Shown: piece by piece, positions 1-9,507 of the stretch
Layout: the number at the start of each line of letters is the position of its first letter
How positions within the stretch are numbered: position 1 is the first letter of the stretch
Assembly (NCBI GenBank): GCA_045602655.1
Contig: JAZSBY010000014.1
Coordinates: 2,384 to 66,383 of the forward strand
Source of the DNA: Candidatus Fimenecus sp.
GTDB lineage: Bacteria; Bacillota; Clostridia; Oscillospirales; Acutalibacteraceae
Direction: 5' to 3'
Length of the DNA stretch: 64,000 bases
Made by a program: the position numbers and the translations under genes
Notes under the pieces: generated by a model
What the model was told of the DNA's origin: nothing
Databases searched by the model: none
The model's input: the letters and a program-made list of their open reading frames with translations, nothing else

Positions 1-1
1 A

Positions 2-64
2 TGCACATCCATTCCTTTAGGTAAGGAAGTTTATGATTTCCTTGTAAAGCCTGTAACAAAATAA
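2..64 (+). CDS. 3' end of an unidentified + strand gene (partial, runs off window start)
   Basis: Frame 2 is open from the window edge to TAA at 62-64 (CTSIPLGKEVYDFLVKPVTK*). A strong terminator hairpin follows directly. Confidence 0.3.
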   Translation, partial: CTSIPLGKEVYDFLVKPVTK

Positions 65-78
65 ATTCAAAAAAGCAC

Positions 79-118
79 ATAATCCCATAGCACAAATTGT
101 GCTATGGGATTATTTTTT
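79..118. terminator. Bidirectional rho-independent terminator
   Basis: 15-bp perfect stem ataatcccatagcac / gtgctatgggattat (79-93 / 99-113). A T-run follows on the + strand and an A-run precedes it. The comFC stop codon lies inside the 3' arm. Confidence 0.7.
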
Positions 119-832
119 GATTCTCTGTTTTTTAGATACTGAAAGTGCTGCTGTAACACAATAGACTTTTTTTGCACCACGAATTTTCAATATTGCAGCA
201 CAGTTGTTAAGCGTTGCACCCGTAGTTTTTACATCATCTACCAAAAGAATTATCTTTTCCCTGACATCAATACCTTCTTTAATATCATATACACCAAAGA
301 CATTGCCTGTTCTCTCCGTCATATTGAGATTTCGCTGATTTTCATTTTCAAAAAGTTTGAGAAGCACAGGGTTTATTGGAATTTTTAAGTCCCTTGAAAG
401 ATGCTTTGCCAACAATTGACTTGGATTATATTTTCGTGTGATTTTATTCATTTTTGAAAAGGGAACAAAGCAGATAAAGTCAAATTCTATACCCTTAAAG
501 TCTTCTTTTACAGATTCTGCCATAGCCTCAGAAAGGTTTTTTGCAAGGAATTCTTTTCCACTAAATTTAAGTAGATGAACACATTCTTTGATGCCATCTT
601 CATAATAAAAGGGTGCTGATATTCCGTCATACTCCATTCTGTGCTTTTTACAATCGCAACGGATTTTCTCAACACCACAATATTTGCATTTTTCTTCCTT
701 AATTACAGGTAATTTATTATTACATTCGGCACAAAGAATTTCATCCTTACCTATAACCTTGTTGCAATAACGGCAATGATTAGTAAAAAACATCCATAGA
801 AGTGTGTCTTTAACAACTTTTTTCATTTTCAT
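110..832 (-). CDS. comFC: ComF family protein (phosphoribosyltransferase domain, N-terminal Cys-rich zinc finger)
   Basis: Has CxxC...CxxC pairs at the N-terminus and the PRTase motif ILLVDDVKTTGATL near the C-terminus. Start may be Met1 (832) or Met3 (826). Confidence 0.8.
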   Translation of the reverse strand: MKMKKVVKDTLLWMFFTNHCRYCNKVIGKDEILCAECNNKLPVIKEEKCKYCGVEKIRCDCKKHRMEYDGISAPFYYEDGIKECVHLLKFSGKEFLAKNLSEAMAESVKEDFKGIEFDFICFVPFSKMNKITRKYNPSQLLAKHLSRDLKIPINPVLLKLFENENQRNLNMTERTGNVFGVYDIKEGIDVREKIILLVDDVKTTGATLNNCAAILKIRGAKKVYCVTAALSVSKKQRIKK

Positions 833-841
833 TTCTCTCTT

Positions 842-873
842 ACAAAAAAGACAGGGGTTAAACCCCTGTCTTT
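842..873 (-). terminator. Rho-independent terminator of the 882-2705 gene
   Basis: Stem aagacagggg / cccctgtctt (848-857 / 863-872), followed on the minus strand by a T-run. Confidence 0.7.
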
Positions 874-881
874 ATATTCAA

Positions 882-2705
882 TTACATAATTTTATCCAAC
901 CAGAAAACACCCATTTCACTGAATGCTGTATCTCCGTATATAAGGTAAAGAACATCTGACACTGTCTTTGTGAGAATGTACAATGCTCTATTTATGCCTT
1001 TTTCTGTAATAACTGCATCTCCGCTTTCAATTTTATTCTTAATTGCATAGAAGCGGTCATTTGCTGCCTGGAACTCATCAACATCGACAACTTTGTTTGC
1101 CAACATTTCATCAACTTGCTCTATTGCACCCTCAAGCTCTGCAGCATCTTCAGGAGTAATAGCTGATGTATCGTAATCTCTCATATAGTCAACATCTTCT
1201 CTCAATGTCTTTGTTTCACGACTATAATTGAACTGTGGGAACCTGTCAGGATATGAATGAACACTTGTAAAACTTTCATCTGTAAGAAGTTGAATGATAA
1301 GAGTCATAATAACATCATTAGATGCTGTTGTTGCGTGGTTCTGTCCGCTGAAATAGAATGTGTGTTCAGGAAGAAGACCTGTGCAAACATCTATAATTCC
1401 CTCTGGGTCTGTATGGTCATGGTGTGCTGGGTCAGAACAGTTATTGCGTGATGGTACATAATCTGCCGGAAGTTTTTCACCAACATTTACACTATATGCA
1501 CCCATTGATGTTGAAGCAACATGGATAATTCCGTCCGCATTCTGGTCATCATATGAAACTGCAAGTTGATAGAGGTCAACATTTGTATCAACGATATCAA
1601 AAATCTTTACTCCATCTTCAATAGCTTGAAGAATATAATTTTCGGAATTAAGCTGTGCATCATAATACCAGTCTGTCTGTCTTGTGATTTCTTCAAGGCC
1701 GGGCTGTGAAAGATATTTTTCCTTACACGCAGGGTAGTCGCCTGATGGAACAAGACCCCACATAAGAGTTGAGTACTTCATATAATCGTTTACAAGTGTA
1801 TCTGCAATTATATCAAGGAGATTATCAACATCAGTCTTTGGCATAAGTCTCATAAGAATGTTGATAACATAACCAAGGTAATTCTCATATCCGATAACTG
1901 ATGGCATACTTGATGTGTAAAGAACATCACTTTCTTTATTGAATCCATATCTGTAACAGTCACCAAGAAGTGCTGCACCGTCAAGAGCAGGAACTGTGAA
2001 AACAATTCTGTTAATATCTCTTGCAAGTGATATATCCTGCTCGTCATAATACTTCATAAGAGCATTAGTGATTGAACCACCCTGGCTGACAGGAATAAGG
2101 TTAACCTTATCTGAACCTGCATCCTCTTTTACAAACTGAATATAATCATAAAGGTCTTTTGCTGTCTGAATCATATTGCCTGTTGAAACATAGTTGAACA
2201 CATAAAGTCTGTCCATACCTGCAATTTCAAAATATTCCTGAACAGGGAAATGATTTAACATCTGAGTTCTCTGCTTTTCTGTGATTGTAGCAACGCTACC
2301 ATTATAATATGCCGGACGAACATCATCGATAAACTCACCGTTAGCATCTGAACGTTGTTTACCCATAAGAATCTTTGCTAGAATCTTCGAAACTTCTTTT
2401 GCTGCTATTTGGTCCTTATCTTCCTGACTGATGAACATCCTTGTAACAGGAATAAGTGCTTTAGTAATAATCTCACCAATTTCCTCTTCTGTAATTGTAA
2501 CATAGAAAGGTCCTGGAATTGGCTCGCCGTTAGCGTCAACAGCGATTTCGCCGTTTTCATAAGAATAAGTTTCACTCTGGAAAAGTCCTGGGATAATAAT
2601 TGATGGCACATACTCTTTCTCCTGTGAATATCCCAAAATGGACACGCAAGAAACAGCAAGAACTACTGCCAACACTATTGAAAGGACTTTTTTTGTTCTT
2701 TTCAT
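882..2705 (-). CDS. Secreted alpha/beta-hydrolase, lipase/esterase-like
   Basis: Signal peptide MKRTKKVLSIVLAVVLAVSCVSILG. Nucleophile-elbow-like motif IPVSQGGS. Start moved to Met7 (2705), which follows RBS aaaagggg. Confidence 0.55.
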   Translation of the reverse strand: MKRTKKVLSIVLAVVLAVSCVSILGYSQEKEYVPSIIIPGLFQSETYSYENGEIAVDANGEPIPGPFYVTITEEEIGEIITKALIPVTRMFISQEDKDQIAAKEVSKILAKILMGKQRSDANGEFIDDVRPAYYNGSVATITEKQRTQMLNHFPVQEYFEIAGMDRLYVFNYVSTGNMIQTAKDLYDYIQFVKEDAGSDKVNLIPVSQGGSITNALMKYYDEQDISLARDINRIVFTVPALDGAALLGDCYRYGFNKESDVLYTSSMPSVIGYENYLGYVINILMRLMPKTDVDNLLDIIADTLVNDYMKYSTLMWGLVPSGDYPACKEKYLSQPGLEEITRQTDWYYDAQLNSENYILQAIEDGVKIFDIVDTNVDLYQLAVSYDDQNADGIIHVASTSMGAYSVNVGEKLPADYVPSRNNCSDPAHHDHTDPEGIIDVCTGLLPEHTFYFSGQNHATTASNDVIMTLIIQLLTDESFTSVHSYPDRFPQFNYSRETKTLREDVDYMRDYDTSAITPEDAAELEGAIEQVDEMLANKVVDVDEFQAANDRFYAIKNKIESGDAVITEKGINRALYILTKTVSDVLYLIYGDTAFSEMGVFWLDKIM

Positions 2706-2789
2706 AAAGATACCCCTTTTCAAAATTTATAAATAAATTATAGCAGTTATTTGACTCTTTGTAAATAAAATCCATCTGCAAAACCATAC

Positions 2790-2830
2790 AAAAAGGACCT
2801 GTGCATTTTTAACATTTTGCACAAGTCCCT
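2790..2830 (-). terminator. Rho-independent terminator of the 2838-4316 gene
   Basis: Stem aggacctgtgca / tgcacaagtcc with one mismatch. T-run on the minus strand (a-run 2790-2794 on +). Confidence 0.55.
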
Positions 2831-2837
2831 TTCTATT

Positions 2838-4316
2838 TTACTCGAAAACCAATGTACCGTTGGTGTATAGTTGATGAGCAATAGCATCAAATCCATCAAT
2901 AGCACCGTCCTGATTCATATCCCCTGCATAGAATTTGGCTGTACCCGCCTCAACCTTCTGAGTTGTTGAACACACCTTTTTCAGAACTGTATAGTCGGTT
3001 ACATTTACTGTATTTGATGCGTTTATATCACCACGCATGGCAACAGTATAATTTTTTGAAACTGAAGTGTCATCCTTTGTAAATGTCAATACTCTGCCGG
3101 TTATTCCTGCTCCTGAATATGTAAAGGTTGTCCCGTTAGGCAAGCCGACATAACTAAGCACAGTATTGATGCTTGTAAGTTCCTTGCCAACATAAAGCAC
3201 GTTTTTTACACTGTTGAACGCCATATCCGGAGTGTCATTCATAGGCACTGTAAAACTGTATGTATCTTTTACAAGTGTCGGATATTGTAATGCAGTTACT
3301 CCACTATACATAGCACCGGTAGGCACATGGCTTCCACCATCAAAATCGGTTCCGATAAGGTAACTGGTATAGTCTATATATGTTATCCCGTCAGCCCATG
3401 TTGCATCTAAAATATACCATAAGCCATCATCCATTTTAACATAATTCCACTTATGTGCACCACCATTGCCATATCCCACAACCGTAATGCAAGGAATTCC
3501 TTCTCTGTCGCATATAAGCTTAAACGCCTCGGCATAACCTTCACAAACGGCTTTACCATAAATTAAAGCACCTGTTGGATGATGTGCCATTGGACCATAG
3601 TTTGGAGAAGATGATGTTCCCTGATTTTCAGGATATGTAATCAAATCACAAAGGCTATCGTGAATAGATTTTATCTTTTCATATCGGTTAAAACCATTTA
3701 CTTTAAAAGCATTGACTTCTTCAAGTAATAAATCATAGTGTACTTTTATGTCATCTACATCTGTATAAGAATTGCTATCAAAATAAATAACAAGGTTAAC
3801 AGCCCTTATTTCTGCTGTATATTTACCGGTAGTGCTATTATACGATGGATAGTAAGTATAATTATATGTAAAACTTTTTGGCCAGAAAATCATAGGATTA
3901 TCTTCCATAACAGCTGTAAGTGCCATTTTTATATCGTAGTTTATTTCCGGTTGTGGTGCATACGCAGCATCGTTCTGGGTTGTGCCTGTGCCAGAATAAT
4001 AATCGTTAAATCTGAGTGTTACCTTATCCGTAACACCTGCATTCTTTATGCAGTCATACATACTCTTTTGTCTGTCCGTTAATTGATTGTAAAAGAAATA
4101 ACCCGTTCCCGCATCACCTGAACCTGAAAAGAACTTAATTGGTTCGTTATTCTCAGCGTAGGGCAACTCTGTTTCCGGACAGATATCTACCATATCAACA
4201 TACTCACCCTGGATATAATCTGTTGTAGGTGCAGCACTTGAAACAAAAGATAAAACACTTAATAAAACACAAAGTGCCGTTATGACGGACAGCACTTTAT
4301 ATACTGATTTTTTCAT
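2838..4316 (-). CDS. Secreted transglutaminase-like cysteine peptidase-fold protein with C-terminal dockerin
   Basis: Signal peptide present. Transglutaminase core: GKAVCEGYAEAFKLICD ... GGAHKWNYV ... ILDATW (Cys/His/Asp). The C-terminus has two Ca-loop repeats, GDINASNTVNVTDY and GDMNQDGAIDGFDA. Confidence 0.7.
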   Translation of the reverse strand: MKKSVYKVLSVITALCVLLSVLSFVSSAAPTTDYIQGEYVDMVDICPETELPYAENNEPIKFFSGSGDAGTGYFFYNQLTDRQKSMYDCIKNAGVTDKVTLRFNDYYSGTGTTQNDAAYAPQPEINYDIKMALTAVMEDNPMIFWPKSFTYNYTYYPSYNSTTGKYTAEIRAVNLVIYFDSNSYTDVDDIKVHYDLLLEEVNAFKVNGFNRYEKIKSIHDSLCDLITYPENQGTSSSPNYGPMAHHPTGALIYGKAVCEGYAEAFKLICDREGIPCITVVGYGNGGAHKWNYVKMDDGLWYILDATWADGITYIDYTSYLIGTDFDGGSHVPTGAMYSGVTALQYPTLVKDTYSFTVPMNDTPDMAFNSVKNVLYVGKELTSINTVLSYVGLPNGTTFTYSGAGITGRVLTFTKDDTSVSKNYTVAMRGDINASNTVNVTDYTVLKKVCSTTQKVEAGTAKFYAGDMNQDGAIDGFDAIAHQLYTNGTLVFE

Positions 4317-4337
4317 AACAACACTCCGTTATAATTC

Positions 4338-4793
4338 TTATTTTTTATCAAGGAAGTTTGAAAGTTCTTCCATAAATGCGTTTACATCTTTAAACTGCTT
4401 ATAAACCGATGCAAAACGAACATAAGCTACCTGGTCAATCTCTTTAAGCTTATCCATTACAAGTTCACCGATATGTACACTGGTAACTTCACGGTCAAGA
4501 GAGTTCTGAAGTGTTGTTTCAATTTCACTTACAGCCTTTTCAATAGTATCCATTGAAACAGGACGTTTTTCACAAGCAGTAAGCATACCCTTAATGAGTT
4601 TGCTACGGTCAAACACCTCTCTTGTTTTGTCCTTTTTAACAACAACAATCGGCACTGTTTCAATTATTTCATAAGTAGTAAATCTCTTTGTGCATTTAAT
4701 ACATTCTCGTCTGCGACGAATCTTTTCGCCCTCGTCAGTCGGACGAGAGTCGATTACCTTACTTTCTTCAAATCCGCAAAAAGGACATTTCAT
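4338..4793 (-). CDS. nrdR: Transcriptional repressor NrdR
   Basis: N-terminal zinc ribbon MKCPFCG...CIKC followed by an ATP-cone. Typical length of 151 aa. Confidence 0.9.
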   Translation of the reverse strand: MKCPFCGFEESKVIDSRPTDEGEKIRRRRECIKCTKRFTTYEIIETVPIVVVKKDKTREVFDRSKLIKGMLTACEKRPVSMDTIEKAVSEIETTLQNSLDREVTSVHIGELVMDKLKEIDQVAYVRFASVYKQFKDVNAFMEELSNFLDKK

Positions 4794-4859
4794 AATAACA
4801 CTTCCTATGTTTTACTATATATAGTATTGTATCACACTTTAAACCACAATGTAAAGAGA

Positions 4860-5642
4860 TTAGAGCAATTTTTTAAGTTCTTTCATGGCAAAAGTCAATT
4901 CCGTATCGTTTTCATATCCATTTTCATACAGTTCGATGATGAAATCGCCGTTATATCCAAGTACTTTCATCATACTAAAAAATTTTTCAAAATCAAAATC
5001 CCCATTCTTGCAAGGCACAAAGCAATCTTTTTCACTATTGTGGTCACTTATATGAATATGACGAATATATTTATGAAGTTTTTTTGCAAATTCAAAGGGG
5101 TCAACACCTGTTCTGACGGACTGTTTAATGTCAAAAACCATATTGAAGTCATCACCGATATATTCACCCATTCGAAGAAGTAAATCGGGACTTTCGCTTC
5201 GATAGTGAACAACATTCTCCTGACAGATTTTCAGTCCCTCTGATTTGCCCATAAGAGTCAATTCACCAAAACGGTCGAAGTATTCCTCATCTTCTATGCT
5301 ACCAGGCTTTTTAATTCCGTGCATTACAAGAATTTCTGCACCGAGAGTATGCATCACATCAAAATGTCGTTTAAAAGAGGTTTCCTTTGCTTCAAAGAAT
5401 CTTCTTTTGTATGAACTGAACAAATGATACGATTCCGTAAACGAACCCATAGTGTGAACAGATGCCACTTTTACACCATAGGATTTGCAGATTTCACCTA
5501 TATTCTTCACAAAGTCAGGTTGAAATTCAGAATCTGCATTCATAAATACTTCAATTGTTTTTGCTCCTGTTTCACAAGCTCTCAAAACAGATTTTTCTGT
5601 TTCAAGAGGGTAAAAGCAGGCTGAGGATAAGCCTATATCCAT
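4860..5642 (-). CDS. Sugar phosphate isomerase/epimerase (xylose isomerase-like TIM barrel)
   Basis: AP-endonuclease-2/xylose-isomerase-like barrel pattern (VMHG..., IRHIHISD..., IIELYE). Lies 9 nt downstream of the transglutaminase gene. Confidence 0.7.
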   Translation of the reverse strand: MDIGLSSACFYPLETEKSVLRACETGAKTIEVFMNADSEFQPDFVKNIGEICKSYGVKVASVHTMGSFTESYHLFSSYKRRFFEAKETSFKRHFDVMHTLGAEILVMHGIKKPGSIEDEEYFDRFGELTLMGKSEGLKICQENVVHYRSESPDLLLRMGEYIGDDFNMVFDIKQSVRTGVDPFEFAKKLHKYIRHIHISDHNSEKDCFVPCKNGDFDFEKFFSMMKVLGYNGDFIIELYENGYENDTELTFAMKELKKLL

Positions 5643-5651
5643 AATAATAAA

Positions 5652-6428
5652 TCACCTTTTTGTTACTTTAAGACCCACTGTTTGTGTTTGCATTCCGCCA
5701 CCGGTTAAAAGTCCTCGATTGATGCCGCAATCAGCAAAATCACGACCACGACTGATGATAATATAGTTCTCATCGGCAAGTCTGTTATTCGTTGGGTCAA
5801 CACCGTGCCAATTGCCGTTTTGATAGACTTCAACCCAAGCGTGAGTTTCACCCTCACCTACCATCATACCAACTACATAACGGCAAGGGATGCCTGCTCG
5901 ACGCAAAAGAGCCAAAAGAATATGGGAATAGTCCTGACAAACACCTGCACCATTAAGCAGTGCTTCTTCTGCTGTTGTTATAATACTTGTTGAACCTGAT
6001 TTATATACAATATTTGCTCTTATTGCTCTTGTGAATTTTAGTGCTGTGTCAACTGCGTCGTTGGAAATTCCAATCTGAATTCTGTCAAACATTCTTTCAA
6101 GTTCTGCACCGCATTTCGTATAATGTGTTGGATATTTATAAACCGGGTTAAGGTCATTTTCAGGAGTTATATGTACACCTGTTGTAACTGTGCCACTAAC
6201 ATCAACAGTAAACTCGTTATGCATTGTAACAATTCTGTCCGTTACAAGAATATTCCCAAACCCATCATTAGAATATGTAAGTTCATTTTCAGGAAAAACG
6301 GTTACTTTTATATCCTCAATATGCTGACTTTCACATTCCAAAGGTATGCAACGAAGGGTATAACAATGTTTTACAACGGGCAGAGAAAATTTAATTGACA
6401 TATTATAAGTAAAATCTAAAACTGCCAT
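5652..6428 (-). CDS. Transglutaminase family protein (cytoplasmic, Bact_transglu_N plus core)
   Basis: Core motif GAGVCQDYSHILLALLRRAGIPCRYV...GETHAWVEVY...GVDPTN (Cys/His/Asp). No signal peptide. Confidence 0.8.
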   Translation of the reverse strand: MAVLDFTYNMSIKFSLPVVKHCYTLRCIPLECESQHIEDIKVTVFPENELTYSNDGFGNILVTDRIVTMHNEFTVDVSGTVTTGVHITPENDLNPVYKYPTHYTKCGAELERMFDRIQIGISNDAVDTALKFTRAIRANIVYKSGSTSIITTAEEALLNGAGVCQDYSHILLALLRRAGIPCRYVVGMMVGEGETHAWVEVYQNGNWHGVDPTNNRLADENYIIISRGRDFADCGINRGLLTGGGMQTQTVGLKVTKR

Positions 6429-6429
6429 A

Positions 6430-7116
6430 TTACATCACCCCTGTTACAAAAAGTTGACACAATTCATTCTGAATTGAAATTTTATAAGGTTGGTAATCGT
6501 CTTCTTCTAAAATCATACGGGTAAGTCTTTCAATTGAGTGAGCATTAAAATCAACTCCCACCTTGTAAAGACGATTTAGCATAATTGAAAACTCTTTTCT
6601 TAAAAGTTCAATAGGATAATCAAGTCTTGTGTACAAGTCAAGACGCTCAATGCTTCTGCCGAATTTCAGGATGTTTCTTGAAACCTCTGCCTCGATATTA
6701 TCGTCAGCACTGCCCCAGAATGCAAAAATCCAATCGGTTACTTCCTGCACCTTTAGGAGTGGAGCATTACTGCTACTGCTTTTTTCCATAATATCAACTG
6801 CAAGTTGAAGATAGGAAAGAGTATCCGAAGAAATTACATTTCTCATTTCAACTGCATTATCGTAAGCATGAAGAAGACTTGAATAAATTGACGCAGGGTC
6901 ATTTGAATCAAACAAAAATGAACTTATAAACTCCTGACGGCAGGAATAATTATTTGCGATTCCGAGTCTGCGACAGAAATTTATATATTCTTCATCATTT
7001 ATATCAATCATAATGTCGTAACATTCCGTAAAGGCCTTAAGAGTTGTGAAAACTCTCTCAACATATCGTCCAAGCCAGAAAAGATTGTCACTTGATTTTA
7101 TCGAGATAACACCCAT
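6430..7116 (-). CDS. Alpha-E domain protein
   Basis: The N-terminal LFWLGRYVER motif is typical of the alpha-E family (COG2307). Its start overlaps the upstream ATP-grasp gene by 19 nt. Confidence 0.7.
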   Translation of the reverse strand: MGVISIKSSDNLFWLGRYVERVFTTLKAFTECYDIMIDINDEEYINFCRRLGIANNYSCRQEFISSFLFDSNDPASIYSSLLHAYDNAVEMRNVISSDTLSYLQLAVDIMEKSSSSNAPLLKVQEVTDWIFAFWGSADDNIEAEVSRNILKFGRSIERLDLYTRLDYPIELLRKEFSIMLNRLYKVGVDFNAHSIERLTRMILEEDDYQPYKISIQNELCQLFVTGVM

Positions 7117-8420
7117 GTGTCCTTAAAGCCTCCTCCCTGTGAAGAATTAACTACAAATGAATTTGCATCCTTTGAAAAACGAGTGAGTCCTGATTTCCAA
7201 ACAACAGGTTCTTCACCTGTAAGGACAAATGCACGCAAATCTGCTTTTCGCTCTGTCCAAGCACCATTCTCAACAACTTTCAGGTCATTGAACCGGATAA
7301 CCTCTTGTGCGATGAATCGTCTTGGCTCTTTTTGAATCATTTTTTTGAGTTCGTACACTCTTTCAAGGGATAATTCACTACCGAAAACAACACCGTAGCC
7401 ACCTGATTCAGCAACATCCTTGATAACGAGCTTTTGAATGTTTTCAAGGACATATTTCATATCTTCTTCGTAGAAAGGAAGATATGTAGGTGCATTTGAA
7501 AGAATAGGCTCTTCACCTAAATAATATTTAATCATAGCAGGAACATAGTAATAAATGCCCTTATCGTCTGCAACGGAGTTACCCGGTGCATTTACAAGTG
7601 CCACATTACCTGCTCTGTATGCATCCATAATGTGAGGCACGCCCAAAAGTGAGTCTGCACGGAATGTGAGCGGGTCCATAAAATCGTCATTGATTCTGCG
7701 ATAAACTGCACCAACACGCTGACGCTTACCCGAATATTCGCTGTAATATAGCACATTACCCTCAACGAACAAATCCTGTGGCATTGCAAAAACTGCTCCT
7801 GTTTTTTCTGCAAGATATGAATGTTCAAAGAATGCAGAGTTAAATCGTCCCGGAGTCAACACAACATTTATTCCGCCTGTATTGACATAATCAAGAGCAT
7901 TACGAAGCAAATCACCGTAATTACGATTATCAACAACTGTATTTGCACGAAAAGTGTCAGGACTAGCTCGACGACACAACTCACGGGCAATCATAGGATA
8001 TGATGCACCGGACGGCACACGAAGGTTATCTTCAAGAACATACCAACGCATGTCGTTACCCTGAACGAGGTCAATACCTGAAATATGAGCAAAAACATCC
8101 TTTGGAGGTACAGCCCCCTCACATTCCATCATATATCCTGACGCACCATATACAAATTCCTCAGGGATAATTTTATCCTTGATAATCTGCTTTTTGGTGT
8201 AGATATCTTTCAAGAAAATATTAAGTGCCTTCACTCTTTGTTTAAGACCTCTTTCAAGATAGTCAAACTCATCCTTTGAAATGATACGAGGTACTGCATC
8301 AAACGGGAACAGTCGCTCATTGAAAACATTGTTTTTGTATATACCGAATTTAACACCATATCGTGCCAAAAGTCGGTTTATTTCATCCGTATGCTCTATA
8401 AGTCCGTACAATTTTTTCAC
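7098..8420 (-). CDS. Circularly permuted ATP-grasp type 2 protein
   Basis: Length (440 aa) and motif pattern (DLVQG...WYVLEDNLRVPSG, RRINDDF, VNAPGN) match the COG2308 family, which is normally partnered with alpha-E and transglutaminase genes. Confidence 0.8.
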   Translation of the reverse strand: MKKLYGLIEHTDEINRLLARYGVKFGIYKNNVFNERLFPFDAVPRIISKDEFDYLERGLKQRVKALNIFLKDIYTKKQIIKDKIIPEEFVYGASGYMMECEGAVPPKDVFAHISGIDLVQGNDMRWYVLEDNLRVPSGASYPMIARELCRRASPDTFRANTVVDNRNYGDLLRNALDYVNTGGINVVLTPGRFNSAFFEHSYLAEKTGAVFAMPQDLFVEGNVLYYSEYSGKRQRVGAVYRRINDDFMDPLTFRADSLLGVPHIMDAYRAGNVALVNAPGNSVADDKGIYYYVPAMIKYYLGEEPILSNAPTYLPFYEEDMKYVLENIQKLVIKDVAESGGYGVVFGSELSLERVYELKKMIQKEPRRFIAQEVIRFNDLKVVENGAWTERKADLRAFVLTGEEPVVWKSGLTRFSKDANSFVVNSSQGGGFKDTWVLSR

Positions 8421-8607
8421 TCCCGAAATTCAAATAGAATAACTCATTATAATTATAAACTTTTTAAATGTTTAAGTAAATAAGAGAAATATACAAATAT
8501 GTTAGTGATTTTTTGGTAATATAGATATTACACAGAAAGCGTAATTTTCAAACACCTTTAAATTTGTGTAACAACCAAAATAACCTCCCAAGCATAAACT
8601 TGAGAAG

Positions 8608-8817
8608 TTATTTCTTATCGGTTAAACCCAAAATATAGTCTGTTGTTGTTTTGTGGTATTTAGCAAGGGCGATTAAAATCGCTGTTGGAATATCCCTCTG
8701 TCCTAATTCATAATTGCTGTAAACTTGTTGTGAACAATTCAGCACCTCTGCCATTTGTTTTTGTGTAAGGTCACTATCTTCACGCAAATCGCGAATTCGT
8801 CTGTACATTATCATCAC
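8608..8817 (-). CDS. XRE-family HTH transcriptional regulator (69 aa)
   Basis: Cro/C1-type HTH: LTQKQMAEVLNCSQQVYSNYELGQRDI. Confidence 0.85.
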   Translation of the reverse strand: MMIMYRRIRDLREDSDLTQKQMAEVLNCSQQVYSNYELGQRDIPTAILIALAKYHKTTTDYILGLTDKK

Positions 8818-8838
8818 CGATAATAGTATATGCTACAA

Positions 8839-8879
8839 CAAAATGCAGTATTGACATTTACCGCAAAATGCAGTATTAT
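8839..8879 (+). promoter_or_regulatory. Sigma-70-type promoter overlapped by two direct repeats (putative operators)
   Basis: -35 TTGACA at 8851-8856, a 17-nt spacer, and -10 TATTAT at 8874-8879. The 14-nt repeat caaaatgcagtatt occurs at 8839-8852 and 8864-8877. Confidence 0.5.
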
Positions 8880-8913
8880 TGAGATAAGCAAATTGCTTTG
8901 AGGAGGAACTTTT

Positions 8914-9297
8914 ATGGAAAACACTGTACAAACCGAAATGAAATTCTGCAAACATTGTGGGCAAAGAATTGATAAAGATGTTGTCGTTTGTCCCCACTGT
9001 GGAAAGCAAGTAGAAGTTTTGGGACAAGCTTCCCAACCACAAGTTGTAATAAACAACTCAAACATGAACACAAACACCAACACTAATAACAATGGTATAA
9101 GTAATGGAAATGCAAAAAACAAATGGGTTGCATTTTGCCTTTGCTTATTCCTTGGCTTTTTTGGTGCACATAAATTTTACGAAGGAAAAGCAGGTATGGG
9201 AATACTGTATCTCTTCACCGGTGGCTTATTTGGCATTGGTTGGATTATTGACTTAGTTAGTCTATTGGCAAAACCTAACCCCTATTATCCAAAATAG
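8914..9297 (+). CDS. Zinc-ribbon plus TM2-domain membrane protein
   Basis: N-terminal CKHCG...CPHCG ribbon, an Asn/Thr-rich linker, and a TM2-like segment FLGFFGAHKFYEGKAGMGILYLFTGGLFGIGWIIDL. Confidence 0.8.
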   Translation: MENTVQTEMKFCKHCGQRIDKDVVVCPHCGKQVEVLGQASQPQVVINNSNMNTNTNTNNNGISNGNAKNKWVAFCLCLFLGFFGAHKFYEGKAGMGILYLFTGGLFGIGWIIDLVSLLAKPNPYYPK

Positions 9298-9316
9298 ACT
9301 ATATTTAAACCATAAA

Positions 9317-9346
9317 AGGACGGTTCGTGATGAATCGTCCTTTTTG
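9317..9346 (+). terminator. Rho-independent terminator
   Basis: 9-bp stem ggacggttc / gaatcgtcc (one G-T pair), 5-nt loop, followed by tttttg. Confidence 0.75.
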
Positions 9347-9507
9347 TTTTAGAGTAATTAGTTGAAAAATATGCCTTCGTCTCACATTTTACAAGGTTTT
9401 ATTGTTACTATTTTATCGTTCATCAAAAAGTACTATTTACTCTACAAAATCATTATAGGTCAAATACACCCTAATGTCAATAGGTCAATTTGCCATAATA
9501 TACTTAG

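Noticed and set aside
8814-9122. 102-aa and 69-aa minus-strand ORFs
   Set aside because: They are antisense to the zinc-ribbon/TM2 gene and overlap its promoter. They have no RBS and no recognisable motifs.
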